Shown: positions 50,311 through 62,752 of the stretch, one piece after another
Numbering within the stretch: the stretch's first letter is position 1
How the letters are laid out: each line of letters begins with the position of its first letter
Assembly: GCF_006345805.1 (NCBI RefSeq)
Contig: NC_042998.1
Coordinates: 96,534,001-96,598,000, forward strand
DNA from: Octopus sinensis
Lineage: Eukaryota
Length of the DNA stretch: 64,000 nt
Direction of reading: 5' to 3'
Translations under genes and position numbers: made by a program
The notes under the pieces: model-generated
The model's database searches: none
What the model was told of the DNA's origin: nothing
Seen by the model: the letters and a program-made list of their open reading frames with translations, nothing else

Positions 50311-50760
50311 CGATGACGATGACGATGATGATGATGATGAGGGTGATGATGATGATGATGATGATGATGATAGTGGTAGTAGTGGTGGCAGTGGTAGCGA
50401 TGGTGGTAGGGATGATGATTGTGGTAGTTGTAGCTGCTGCTGCTGCTGATGATGATGATGATGATTGTTTGGTGGTGGAGGTGATGATGATGATGACGAT
50501 GACGATGACGATGATGATGATGATAGTGGTAGTAGTGGTGGCAGTGGTAGCGATGGTGGTAGGGATGATGATTGTGGTGGTGGTACTGGTGGTGCTGTTG
50601 CTACTTTTGCTGCTGCTACTATTACTGCTGCTGTTACTGCTGCTGCTGTTGCTGCTGCCACCGCCGCCGTTAGTGATGATGGTGATGATGTTGATAATGT
50701 TGATTATGACGACGACGACGACGAGGATGATGGTGGTAGTGGTGGTGGTGGTGGTGGTGG

Positions 50761-50798
<38 letters not shown>

Positions 50799-50832
50799 CT
50801 GGTGGTGATGGTGGTGGTGGTGGTGATGATGA

Positions 50833-50866
<34 letters not shown>

Positions 50867-51029
50867 GGTGGTGGTGGTGGTGGTGGTTGTGGTGGTGGTG
50901 ATGATGATGATGATGATGACTGGTCGTGGTGGTGGTGATGATGATTGATGATGATGATGGTGGTTGTGGTGGTGGTGATGATGATGATGATGATGGTGAT
51001 GGTGGTGGTGGTGGTGGTGGTGGTGGTGG

Positions 51030-51070
<41 letters not shown>

Positions 51071-51190
51071 GTGGTTGTGGTGGTGGTGATGATGATGATG
51101 ATGGTGATGGTGGTGGTGGTGGTGGTGGTGGTGGTGGTGGTGATGGTGGTGATGATGTGATGATGATGATGATGATGATGACTGGTGGTG
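49960..51190 (+). repeat. 1.2-kb compound (GAT/GAC/GGT)n microsatellite with internal duplications
   Basis: Directly visible. AGTGGTAGTAGTGGTGGCAGTGGTAGCGATGGTGGTAGGGATG is repeated near 50370 and 50525. Confidence 0.95.
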
Positions 51191-51389
51191 GTGTTGCATC
51201 TGCAGCTCTTATTGCTATTAATAATGATGTTGATTTCTAAATCAAACAAGGACAATGTCACCCATTTTAAGGCTGGGCTGCAGTCAACTAGATCGGTAGC
51301 AGTATTTGAATGTTACTTTATTTTTTTCAACGTCCTCATTCTGGCTGGAACAATGGAAGGTAAAATCGACTTCAGCACAGCACTTCCGT

Positions 51390-51730
51390 GTCTTTGGAGC
51401 CTATTCCCAACCGGCAGTGCACCCCATCCCACTCTCAGTAACAATTCCAAGCCAGGAATTTCTGATAATAATCCATGGGCCCCGGCTCGAAAGTCCTCCA
51501 GAACAGACTAGCCAATTGGTTTTCATCGACGCCGTAATTTTCCCGGAGGAAGTTATTGTTTCTGTCTACCACCAGTTTTCTATAGAACACAAATGTGAAA
51601 CTTCTAACTATTGCATTTCCCGAGTGGCAGGGGGCTATGTGCTCTTGATGACATTCCTGATGCGAAGTGCCTTGTCTTGGTCTTTGCTCGACCCAAGACT
51701 GCAGCTCTGTGATAAGAGGTCCGTCTCTAT
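51390..51730 (-). mobile_element. L1/Tx1-like LINE ORF2 C-terminal (zf-RVT-like) remnant
   Basis: ...LASLFWRTFEPGPMDYYQKFLAWNCY* then, after a frameshift, GALPVGNRLQRHG, matching the W-x5/6-LP-x4-L pattern preceding the zinc knuckle. Confidence 0.5.
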
Positions 51731-52771
51731 AATAATAATGGTTTCTGATTCAGGCAGAAATCCAAGAATTTTAGGAACAGGGTATCAGCCGATTACATTG
51801 ACCCCCAAAACAGGTACTTTATTTTATCGACCCCACAACGATGAAATGCAGAGTTGACTTCGGTAGGATTTGAGCTCAGAATGAATGTTAAGAGCTGGTA
51901 CAGATGCCTCGAGCTATTTTGTCCGATGCAATATGGATGAGGATAATTTCATTTATTTGACACCAAGGGGACATAGCGGGAACTGGTTAAAAGTGTGTAA
52001 AGCTATACAGACGTATGATGAGTAAAAACGAAGAGGGACGACGTAAAGTGAGAAATATCGGCAGCATACAAATATGTGATAATAGTCCTCGTAGAAAAAG
52101 GCTTCCAATAATGGACAATCAATGATCTCTTCAGTTCTAAGATCACTCCGAGTACCAAAGTTAGTACCCTTTCCCAAATATCATTCTCCGAACTACAAGC
52201 GCATACTAAGAATAGACCGTTACTCGTGACAGATCATAAGGAAGCACCTCTTAATCGCAGTATGACCCTCTCTAGGTGATAATGCATATCTAAAGGATAT
52301 AAAAGAAATTTTTCAATTATAAAGATGCATAGCCAAAACCTCATAACTTTCAAAATGTACTACGTAGAGAAAACAGAAATAAAAGGCACTACACAAATTA
52401 TATTGAGTACTTTTAACAGAAAAAAATACAAAACCAAAGTAACCCGGACACACAGAAGTGCTCTCTGTGTGTATTAAAAATAATATCACTAAAGAAAATA
52501 ACAAAATAAAGATTAAATAAATACCAAAACGTTCAACGTTGGTGACCTACTAAAATGGATTCAATACAACAGCAGTTATTGTGAAAGATCAATAAGTTAG
52601 TTTTCGTTCATTGATGACATAAAACTTGACAACCGATGAGAGCCAGAGAGAAATTCTTTTGTTTCCTCTTGCAGCGGCTTATTGAAACTTAAGTAAAATT
52701 GTGTGTGCTTTTGCATACATACACACATACATACATACGTACGTATGTATGTATGTATGTATGTATGTATG

Positions 52772-52802
<31 letters not shown>

Positions 52803-53499
52803 GCATGTATGTATGTATGTATGTATCTGCACTCAGACACACATATGCAAACAGCCAAGAAATACCAAATATAAGCAAGGAATTTAATAAATATTCTAAA
52901 ACTACATTCAGAAAACATTGGAATGAAAACGTAACTTTAAATTACATAAATAAGACATTTATGGAGTGAGAAATATTAATTCATCTCACATGGGGAAGAC
53001 AGAAGGACAATATTAAAAAATATGGTTAATATAAAGAAATGAAATCATTATCGAGAATGAAATAATTAGCATAAACACCATTGTAAATATTTGCAATAGA
53101 GATTTACAAAAATTGAATAAATATAGGGTTATAACAAGGATTTTGTAATCATAAAAAGAATGGAAAAGAGGTAAATCTACATTTATAGACGAAAAGGCTA
53201 AATATATTAGAAGCAAATATTGATAAAAAGATAAATATACAGCAGAGAGTAGAACTCTAAAATATAGTGAGAAAAACTGTAAGGATAAAGCGCTTTGTAG
53301 TCAGTGTTCTTGAAGTAAACCAATTCGAAAGTCACCCAAAACTCAGATGTAAATTGATAACTCGAAGCTTATGACTTGTTATTGGTTACATAAGATCAAT
53401 ACTTCTGGTTGTCCAAATTAAGTAAAGATGTAGTATTTCCATACCTTGACTAAGTTAGGGGTTTTATTCATTGGATGATAAAATGGGTTCCACTGAAGG

Positions 53500-53835
53500 G
53501 TCTCTGGAGTAACGTTGCGAGGCAGAGAGTCGCTCCAGGTCGAACTGCAGCTTCTCCGTATTGAGAAGTCACAGCTCCAGTACTACAGATATATGATTAG
53601 AATGTCGCCAGAAAGAATCGCACGATGGATTCTTCAAGCCGAACCAATGAGCAGGAAACCGAAAAGTAAGTCAAGAACGAAATGGCTGGATGATATTCAT
53701 GGCCTCTATAGGTTACGCTTGATAATCCATCCAGAAAGTGTTATGACAGTTGCTTCCGAAAGGAACTTATGGCGGAGGTACCTGAGGACTCTGCCACCAC
53801 GATCCTCATAGGATTAGTGGGCGGAGAAAATGGCT
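53500..53835 (+). mobile_element. RTE-clade LINE 3' remnant
   Basis: RESLQVELQLLRIEKSQLQYY..IRMSPERIAR..KPKSKSRTKWLDDI...VASERNLWRRYLRTLPPR. Confidence 0.75.
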
Positions 53836-54489
53836 AGACGTACGGATAAGTGGAAAGCTTTGATGATCATTTCCTGTTCTGGAATATTAAATGAAAGTCA
53901 TTAAGATCACAGAACCAAGTTTTCCCAAGTGTGAAATTTGAATGTAACATGTTGCCAGTCAATATAAGAAAAATAACTCTAAAGGAACCAACTAAAAGCT
54001 ACACTTAATCCTGCACCAACAGTGTAGACCGATTGAAAATGTTTATATTCTTCATACTGATAAACACACTCCTGTATTCCCTGCAATTCCATTTCCTTAA
54101 CTAGAGTTATTTACATTCTATAAGTAATTACTTCATTCCTTCTCTGACAGTAGAATTTCTAAAAAATACGCTGGAAACAATTTGAAATGTAAGAATGTCT
54201 ATAAACGCGAGTAATTGATATAATCTCCTTAGTTTAGAGTAAAATATATTTGTTTACCTGCTTATCTTTTTTCCTTTTACGTAACATTTGAAATATCAAC
54301 AAATGTGATAGTTACACAGGAAACTTAGACCCTGTAACTAAAATGTAATCCAACTGGCCAACGATGTTTTTCTCCCACGCTCATTCACAATTTATTGCTT
54401 CTAGCATGTTAGCTGAATATGGTAGTTTCAGATAATATAGATACACTTTCGTCCAATGTAGTGTTTTCAATATTTATTAATAAACAAAG

Positions 54490-54700
54490 GAGGTGAGCTG
54501 TCAGAATTGTTAGCATGTCGGGCAAAATACTTAGCGGCGTTTCGTTCGTCTTAACGTTCTGAGTTCAAATTCCGCTCAGCTCGACTTTACCTATTATCCT
54601 TTTGGAGACGATAAAATAAGTACCAATTGAGCACTAAGGTCGATGCAATCGACTTTTCCCCTCCCCCCTAAATTTCTGGCCTTGTGCCAAAATTTGAAAT
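54490..54700 (+). mobile_element. SINE family 1
   Basis: AGGAGGTGAGCTGTCAGAATTGTTAG...GAGTTCAAATTCC. Confidence 0.85.
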
Positions 54701-55589
54701 AAATATTTATAATATATTAGTGCAACTCTAGAGCACTGGTATGTATCGATAACAAATATAAATGCAGGGAGGTATTTAACAAAAGTAGCAGACATATTGT
54801 TTCATGTAAGATCAAAATAAAAAGATCATCACTTATGACACCAATTAATCATATTGGCATAAAGGACATAAATTGTAAGGAAGGAGGTTTATCAAGTGAA
54901 TTCCCTGCTTATTTTACCGACCCAGGAGGGGAGGTATATTTGATCCCATTTATGTTTTAACTCCGACTGTAAATTAACTGTAACTAAATGCCACGAACCG
55001 TCAAAATCAATGAGGATATACAAACCAACGAGAAAGCATCTACGTTGTCATTCGATCTGCTAGAAACAGTAACAAAATCTCCCTCAAATAACATCCTACT
55101 GTTTTAGAAGCGGATCCGCTGGATAATGTAACCCTGAATTCTTTACATTAAAAAAGTGTCTTTGATCATCGTTCTGTTCGATCAGGATTTAAGTGAGGCT
55201 AAACCTTAACAACAACAACAACAACAGCAGCAGCAGCTTTTTTCATCCCACGCAGATTGCCCTGTCAATCAAAAGAATAAAAATACTGGAACATATCTCC
55301 CTTTCAAATTATCATTCAGAACTAGTTGTCAAGGAAACACTAGATACGGAGCCTCGAATTAAAAACAAAAATGTATTCGAGATACACGTTATGAAATAAG
55401 AGACACGACATGAATATCTAAAATCATGTCACCTTTACATTAAATCATATTGAATTTTCCCATTATAATACAAATATTAATTTCATGGACAGTTATAATT
55501 ATGACATGATAAATATAACACCCAAGAGGATAAAGGGTTGGGGAAATTATAACTTTCCCCCAATTACAACAAACACTGTCGCCTGGAAA

Positions 55590-56236
55590 TATTGGTTTCA
55601 AATTTTGGCACAAAGCCAAAACTTTCGGTGGATGGAGCAAGTCGTTTACATTGCCCCTTGTGTTCAACTGGTACTTATTTTACCGATCTCGAAAGAATGA
55701 AAGGCAAAGTCGACTCCAGTAGAATTTGAACTCAGAACGTAAAGATGGGCGAGATGCCGCTCAGCATTTTGCCTAGCATATCAATGATTCTTTTCTCTTC
55801 TACTATAGGCACAAGGCCTGAAATTTGGGGCTAGGTGCCAGTCGATTAGATCGACCCCAGTACGCAACTGATACTTAATTTATCGACTCCGAAAGGATGA
55901 AAGGCAAAGTCGATTACAGCAGAATTTTACCTCAGAACATAAAGACAGACGAAATACCGCTAAACATTTCGCCCAGCGTGCTAACGATTCTGACAACTTG
56001 CCGCCTTGTCACTCGATAATATTGGCTTCAAATTTTAGCATAAGGCCAGCAATTTTAGGGGAGGCCTAAGTTGATTGCATCAATCCCAGTGTTCAACTGG
56101 TACTCATTTTATCGACCCAGAAAGGATGAAAGGCAAAATCGACCTCGACGGAAATTGAACTCAGAACGTAAAGACGGACGAAATGCCGCTAAGCATTTTA
56201 CCCGGTGCGGGAACGATTCTACCAGCTCACCGCCTT
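55590..56236 (-). mobile_element. Three tandem SINE family 1 copies
   Basis: Repeated GAAAGGCAAA(G/A)TCGA...TTGAACTCAGAAC at about 55700, 55900 and 56130. Confidence 0.85.
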
Positions 56237-56276
56237 TGTCACTTGATAATATTAAGAAGAAAAAAAAACAATTAAC

Positions 56277-56650
56277 CAGGTGCAGGCATAGCTGCATTGT
56301 TAACAAATTCACTTCACAACTAATTTGTTTCGGGGTCAGTCCCACTCTGCGCAGCACATTAAGCAAGTATCTTCTTCTATAGCCCCCAGCCGACCAATAC
56401 CTTGTGAATGAAAACAGCGAGGAAGCCTACCATGTATGTATATGTGTGCGACCATGCACGTCTTTCTTTCCACACGGCTTGACCACCGGTGTTGGTTTGT
56501 TCACATATCCTACCTTAATGGTTCAGTAAAAGATATCAATAGAATAGACTTAAAAAAGAGAACAAATAGAGTCAAATTGCTCAAGCAAGCCCCTTCCAAG
56601 AGGTGCTACAGCATGGTCGCATCCCAAAGCCTGAAGCAAGTAAAGAAAGA
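56277..56650 (+). mobile_element. SINE family 2, degenerate
   Basis: Family 2 head and tail recognisable. Confidence 0.7.
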
Positions 56651-56654
56651 CTAC

Positions 56655-56900
56655 TGCAAATGTACTGACACTCACAGACTTAGGTCCTCTGCAGCGTCGT
56701 GAGACGCACAAATAAACAAAGCAAGCTTCCTCCAGCGTAGCCAAACTACCGCAGTTATTTTCGCTCCTGCCCAACCTGTCCTCGTATTTATGCGGTCTTT
56801 CTGGAATGTCCAGCTTCAGAAGTTCTTAGGCCAACCCTTCTTACATTTTCCTTCTTGTACCCATGTTATTACATGCTTTACATACCGAGTCGCAGGCAAG
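56655..56900 (-). mobile_element. RTE-clade LINE 3' remnant
   Basis: EGKCKKGWPKNF*...W..AK...WLRWRKLALFICASHDAAED resembles the RTE end GKRKRGRPK...RWRxLV..LCA. Confidence 0.6.
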
Positions 56901-56927
56901 CAATTTACGTAAGCTGAAGGAAAAGTA

Positions 56928-57070
56928 CTGTATTTGATGGTATAAAAGATGCACCCCAATTTCAGCAGAGCATGTACAGGAAAAATGAATCCACATAAAG
57001 CAGCTTCGCATATAGAAACCGGGGTGGTTTTTTAGTCACTTCCTTTTTCTAAATATGCCATCAAATATGG
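56928..57070. mobile_element. pogo-like MITE
   Basis: TIRs CTGTATTTGATGGTATA / TATGCCATCAAATATGG with TA flanks. Confidence 0.75.
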
Positions 57071-57279
57071 TAAATAATTGAGCAATATTGTGATGTAACT
57101 AATAAATACCTCATAAAGTTCTAATCTAAATTAATAAAGACAAGCATATAGTTTATTTCATATTTTCGTGATAGATTATGTTCGAACAAAATTAAACAGG
57201 TAATAAAGATAACAATTGCTGGAGAACAAAACATATGGAAAATCTAATAGACTTTTATAAGAATACACATTCCAATATT

Positions 57280-57672
57280 GGAGGCGCAATGGCCCAGTGG
57301 TTAGGGCAGCGGACTCGCGGTCATAGGATCGCGGTTTCGATTCCCAGACCGGTCCTTGTGAGTGTTTATTGAGCGAAAACACCTAAAGCTCCACGAGGCT
57401 CCGGCAGGGGATGGTGGTGATCCCTGTTGTACTCTTTCACCACAACTTTCTCTCACTCTTACTTCCTGTTTCTGTTGTACCTGTATTTCAAAGGGCCGGC
57501 CTTGTCACTCTCTGTGTCACGCTGAATATCCCCGAGAACTACGTTAAGGGTACACGTGTCTGTGGAGTGCTCAGCCACTTACACGTTAATTTCACGAGCA
57601 GGCTGTTCCGTTGATTCGGATCAACCGGAACCCTCGTCGTCGTAACCGACACAGTGCTTCCATCCTTCCATC
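57280..57672 (+). mobile_element. Intact tRNA-derived SINE (core A + tail Y) with 12-bp TSD
   Basis: A-box TGGCCCAGTGG, B-box GGTTTCGATTCC, (TCCA)-like tail. TSD CATTCCAATATT at 57268-57279 and 57673-57684. Confidence 0.92.
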
Positions 57673-58185
57673 CATTCCAATATTAAAAAGGAACAGGAAT
57701 TCAGTGAGCTGGCAGAATCATTAGCACGCCCGGTAAATTGTTTAGTGGTATTTCGTCCGTTTTTACATTCTGAGTTCAGATTCTGACTTTACTTTTCATC
57801 CTTTTGGGGTCAATAAAAAAGTACTATTTGAGTATTGGGGTCGATGTAATCGACTTTCGTCCTCACCAAACCTGCTGGCCTTCTGCCAAAATTGGAAACT
57901 AGTATTAAATATTGATATTGAAGAAAAGTTCGTAAACAAAGAAAAATAGTTATCACTTCTAACTGCTAATAAATATCTAAGAGCAAAGCACATATATACA
58001 GCCATGACCATTTGTATAAAATTGAAGACGAATATAAATTTGGTAATGAAAAATATGCTCAAGCATGAATTAAAAGGCAAGAAATTTGCTTTGCGTGTAC
58101 GTGATTTCAGGTTCAATATCACAGCACAGCATTCAGAGCAAGTATTTTCTACAATATGTAATAATCTAAGACTATTGAAGTAATT

Positions 58186-58592
58186 AGGCGCAGGTTTGGC
58201 TGTGTGCTAAGAACCTTGCTTCCCAACCACATGATTCCAGGTTTAGCCCCACAGCGTGGCATCTTGGTCGGGTGTCGTCTACTATAGCGTCGGACCGACC
58301 AAAGCCTTGTGTGTGGATTTGGTAGAAAAATCTGAAAGAAGCCCGTCGTATATATATGTATATATTTATGTGTGTGCCTTCGTGTCTGTGTTTGTCCCCC
58401 GCCACTATCACTTAACAGTCGATGTTGGTGTGTTTACGCCCCCGTAACTTAGCAGTTCGGAGGAAGAAACCGATAGAATAAGTATCAGGCTTACAAAGAA
58501 TAAGTTCAGGGATCGATTTCTTCGACTAAAAGGTTGTGCAGCAGCATGGCCCCAGTCAAATGACTGAAACAAGAGAAAAAAAAGTAAAAAGC
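58186..58592 (+). mobile_element. SINE family 2, full length
   Basis: AGGCGCAGGTTTGGCTGTGTG head through ...ATGACTGAAACAAG tail. Confidence 0.9.
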
Positions 58593-58895
58593 AAGAATAA
58601 TTAGTGAACTTTACTTTCTATCTAGGAAGCGTTTAAAATCTAAAGCAAGAACCATCAACCAGGGGTGATAATTCCAATGAAATGACGATGAAGTTCTTTG
58701 GATAAAGTAGACAGTACAGATTCGGGCAGATGTGGTCTTTTAAGTTTTTTTACTGCGGAAATCAAATATATCCACTCAAAATTTTATCATTTGTAACAGC
58801 GAAAAGTCGTTTTGTATACCAATCATCATAAAATACCTTCATCATCTACTGTCTGATTTCCATACATGCATGGTCTGAACAAAAAAAAACCCGGT

Positions 58896-58967
58896 AGGTC
58901 TCACCGAGATTTGAACTCGGATCGCTGGATTCAAAGTCCAGAGTGCTAACCATTACACCATGAGACC
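58896..58967 (-). tRNA. tRNA-Gln(UUG)
   Basis: GGTCTCATGGTGTAATGGTTAGCACTCTGGACTTTGAATCCAGCGATCCGAGTTCAAATCTCGGTGAGACCT: 72 nt, full cloverleaf, anticodon TTG, T9 terminator 6 nt downstream (58881-58889). Confidence 0.96.
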
Positions 58968-59291
58968 AACCGCCTACATCATCTTTTTTTAGGAATGTCA
59001 ACTTTGAAAATATTTTCTGAGCTCTGTCAGATTTACTGAGGTAACATGACTTGCAAATAATACCAAATCTATTATTTTTATTTTGTTTTATTTTTTTTAT
59101 TCTTTATTCATGTATTTATTTTATTTATTCGTTTATTTATTTTATTTGTTATTATTTTTTTCCTTCTTTCTTCAAATTTTCTTCCATTTCTCGCCGAGTG
59201 TTTTCCGTACACCTAGGGCAGAGAAGCTCATTGTATGCATTCCCAGATTACACACGCAAACTATTATTATTATTATTACTATTATTATTAT

Positions 59292-60170
59292 TCTATGTTT
59301 GACTTTTGCTTTATGTCTGTACAAATTGGCTTCAAGTCTCACCCAGAGACCTCAAGAGACAACAGGTTGGAAGTTCACGTTGTTGTTATGCCTAGTGTGC
59401 CATATATTTGGGGGGGGGGGGTTGGTGTTGTACTAGTGAATGTCTAATACATAAATTTTTTAAAAAGTTTGTTTTAAACCTTGGGATTACATAGAGAGTA
59501 TTTTGCGTAGGATATGAGCAGTTCCCATGAGCACTATCTTTTGAATTTCTGCCATTTTGGGGTTTCCTGGTATCTGAGTTAGGTAGCAATCATCCCCTTT
59601 CGCTATCATTCCCAGGGCACCTATGACAACAGGTATTGTTTTAGTCTTCAGGTTCCACATTTTGATGATTTCTATTTCAAGATCTTTATATTTGCTCAGT
59701 TTTTGGTAGGTCTTGACAGATACGTTTATATCGATTGGGACAGTCATATCAATGAGGAGGCATGTTCTTTGTCTGTATCTTTCAATATGATGTCTGGCCT
59801 ATTTGCATCTATCTTTCTGTCAGTTTGAATGGTGAAGTTCCAGAGGAGTGAGATGTGGTCATTTTCAAGCACTGGAGGTGGATTGTGTTCCCACCAGTTT
59901 TTTTCATGGGGCAAATCCAGGTTTTTGCAAATTACCCAGTGAATATATTGTGCAGCTCTATCATGCCTGTTGAGGTACTCTGTAGGCGCTAGAAGACTGC
60001 ATTTGGAGACAACATGATCAATGGTTTCATTTTGTTGTCGGCATACACGATATGTTGGGCTACTGCCGTTCTTTGATATGTTGGCCTGGTAGGCCAACAT
60101 ATCTTGTTGGTAGGCATTGATCTTGAGCTGCTATGATAAACCCTTCTGTTTCAGATTTTAAGCCAGAGGC

Positions 60171-60172
<2 letters not shown>
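59292..60172 (-). mobile_element. Dong/R4-type RLE retrotransposon, 5'-truncated, inside (AAT)n
   Basis: GLKSETEGFIIAAQDQ..., degenerate CCHC knuckle RVCRQQNETIDHVVSKC, RLE motif NRPDIILKD, PVVIGALG, MGTAHILRKILSM*. (AAT)n on both flanks. Confidence 0.92.
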
Positions 60173-60233
<61 letters not shown>

Positions 60234-60243
60234 TATCATTATC

Positions 60244-60296
<53 letters not shown>

Positions 60297-60330
60297 CATT
60301 ATTATTATCATTATTATTACTATTATTGTA
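60172..60330 (+). repeat. (ATT)n microsatellite
   Basis: Directly visible. Confidence 0.95.
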
Positions 60331-60909
60331 AATATTTTAGCATCATTAGTGAAATAACCATGAAATTTAATTTCGCAGTGAAGGGATTAGGTAATGTAGC
60401 ACATATTTTCTACCAAAGCCCTTGAATCAACCAAAAGCTTGTTAAGCAAACTTTTGTGGGTAGAAATGGTATGGAAGCCTGTCGAAGGAGTCGTCCAATT
60501 CTTCGGTACTAAATTTAATTCGTTACTTTGTTTTACATCACTACCTGAGCCTTGGATAGATTTAGTGGCGTCTACACTATCACAAGCGTTTGGGCTTGGC
60601 TTCCGGTAAGAAGCTAAATTCCCCTATTCCTCTGCCAGTACCTGAGGCCCAGAAAAGGGGTCATGGCCACTGTCTTTTCTCCTCTGATTAATTCATCATG
60701 AAAATAGAGAACAATATGAGAGTCGTGTTTTATTGCATTGATTCAATTCCCGCATAAAGTGTAACTTCGCCTTATTAATGATAAATGGGCGTTTCATAAA
60801 GTCCACTGTAAACTCATAGTTGTCATATGTGTTGAATTACATAAATTTCAGAGAATAATGTTAATGCTACCGGAAGTAGCCTCTTATAACTTCGGTTGAC
60901 ATCTTAAGT

Positions 60910-61156
60910 AATTGCTCATAAAAGAAAATACGCATACGCTGTTGTTGTTATTGTTGTTGTTATTGTCGTCGATGTTATTGTTGTTGTTGTTATTGCTCCT
61001 GCTGCTGTGTGTTTATGTATGTGTGTCTGTAAGTGTAAGTTTTTGATTAACCCTTGCTCAACCAGACTGAGCAAACCTGTGATTTTAGGCGACGAATTGC
61101 TCATAAAAGATATTAAGCATACGCTGTTGTTGTAGTTGTTGTTACTGTTACTACTG

Positions 61157-61193
<37 letters not shown>

Positions 61194-61263
61194 CGTCAAG
61201 GTTAGTTGTTGATTAACCCTTGCTCGACCAGACTGCGCAAACCTGTGATTTTAGACGGCGAAT
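60910..61263 (+). repeat. Tandem duplication, period 185 bp
   Basis: AATTGCTCATAAAAGA at 60910 and 61095. GATTAACCCTTGCTC..CCAGACTG.GCAAACCTGTGATTTTAG occurs twice. Confidence 0.9.
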
Positions 61264-62490
61264 CGGAAGGTTCGTTAGGGTATCAAACAGAATGCCTCGT
61301 GATTTTTGTTTCGACTCTCCTCGCCCTGAGTTCGAATGCTAGCGAGATCAACTATGCCGTTTCTCCTTTTGAGGATCGACAAAAGCAGTACCAATCTTGA
61401 GTGATGGATTAGTGGAACTGTAAGAATGTCAGACCAGATACCTTGTGGCATATGAATACGGTACCAATTCGTTCTTTTCTGAATTCGAATCCCGCAATGA
61501 CCTACAAGGGTGATAGTAGGCAATCCAGCACCAGCTTTAACACTATCACCTAAGCTCCTTGGGTGCTGTTAGAAGAGTCCTTTCTGTTGGAAGTATTCGG
61601 ACCAAGGTTTCGATTTGAGAATACTTCCCTCCCCCTTCCTCCATCCATCCATTCTCTATCCATCTTCCATCTATCCTTCAATCACACCAGTCCCAGAGAC
61701 CTTGTGAAGGATCATGGGCACTGCCTTCCCACCCGGCTAAAAAAGAAGATAAAGAAAAAGTATTCCAAACACATTCACACGGTCTTTTTTGTTGTCCAAT
61801 ATGTTCTTCCTTTTTTAAGACGCTGTAGTATGATTTAAATAGATTGGGCTGTTATTTCTAGTAGATCGAGCGATCGCGTACAGATGCATTCGTTATGTAA
61901 TTATACAAAAACGTCTTTCTATGTATATGTATATCTGTGTGTGTGTACGTATGTGCTTATATATACATGTGTGTGTGTATGTATGTATGTATGTATGTAT
62001 GTATGTATGTATGTATGTATGTATGTATGTATGTATGTATGTATGTAGACACATCCGTGAGGGTACGAATGCGTTCGTGAGAAACTACACACTGGTTTCT
62101 ATTGTCCATTGGCTAGATGTTCAGAAACACGTCGTATGTGAATAGCTCCGGTTTTGCTTCTTTGTGTAGACATAGGTAGGAGTCGATGTACTTATATCTA
62201 TGTGCATCAGTATGCATGTGTAGGTTTCCATCTGTATAATTGATTAAACCCTGAAATATGTTTGCACACAAAAGAGATGATTGTTGGAACGTCTGAACAA
62301 GTAGCCTTTACAATTCTCTGGAGAAATACTAATACATTACTTCGATGATACGTGTGTATGTGTGTGTGTGCTTGTATGTATATGTGAGAGAGCATGTATC
62401 ACTGTATGTGTGTACGTATGTAAGTATATATGTGTGTGTGCGTGTGTGTGTATATGCATATACACTTATATATATATATATATATATATA

Positions 62491-62510
62491 CATTTATATT
62501 TGTGTGTGTG

Positions 62511-62545
<35 letters not shown>

Positions 62546-62638
62546 GAGAGAGATATGTATATATGTATATGTGTGTGTGTGAATGTATGTATATATATAT
62601 ATATATATTATATATATACATTTATATTTGTGTGTGTG

Positions 62639-62673
<35 letters not shown>

Positions 62674-62713
62674 GAGAGAGATATGTATATATGTATATGT
62701 GTGTGTGTGAATG

Positions 62714-62745
<32 letters not shown>
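62491..62745 (+). repeat. Tandem duplication of a compound microsatellite block, period 128 bp
   Basis: CATTTATATTTGTGTG...TTAAAGAGAGAGATATG at 62491 and 62619. Confidence 0.8.

Positions 62746-62752
<7 letters not shown>

Noticed and set aside
49052-51261. ORFs of 100-419 aa rich in His/Thr/Cys/Val/Asp/Met
   Set aside because: Pure (TG)n and (GAT)n translations.
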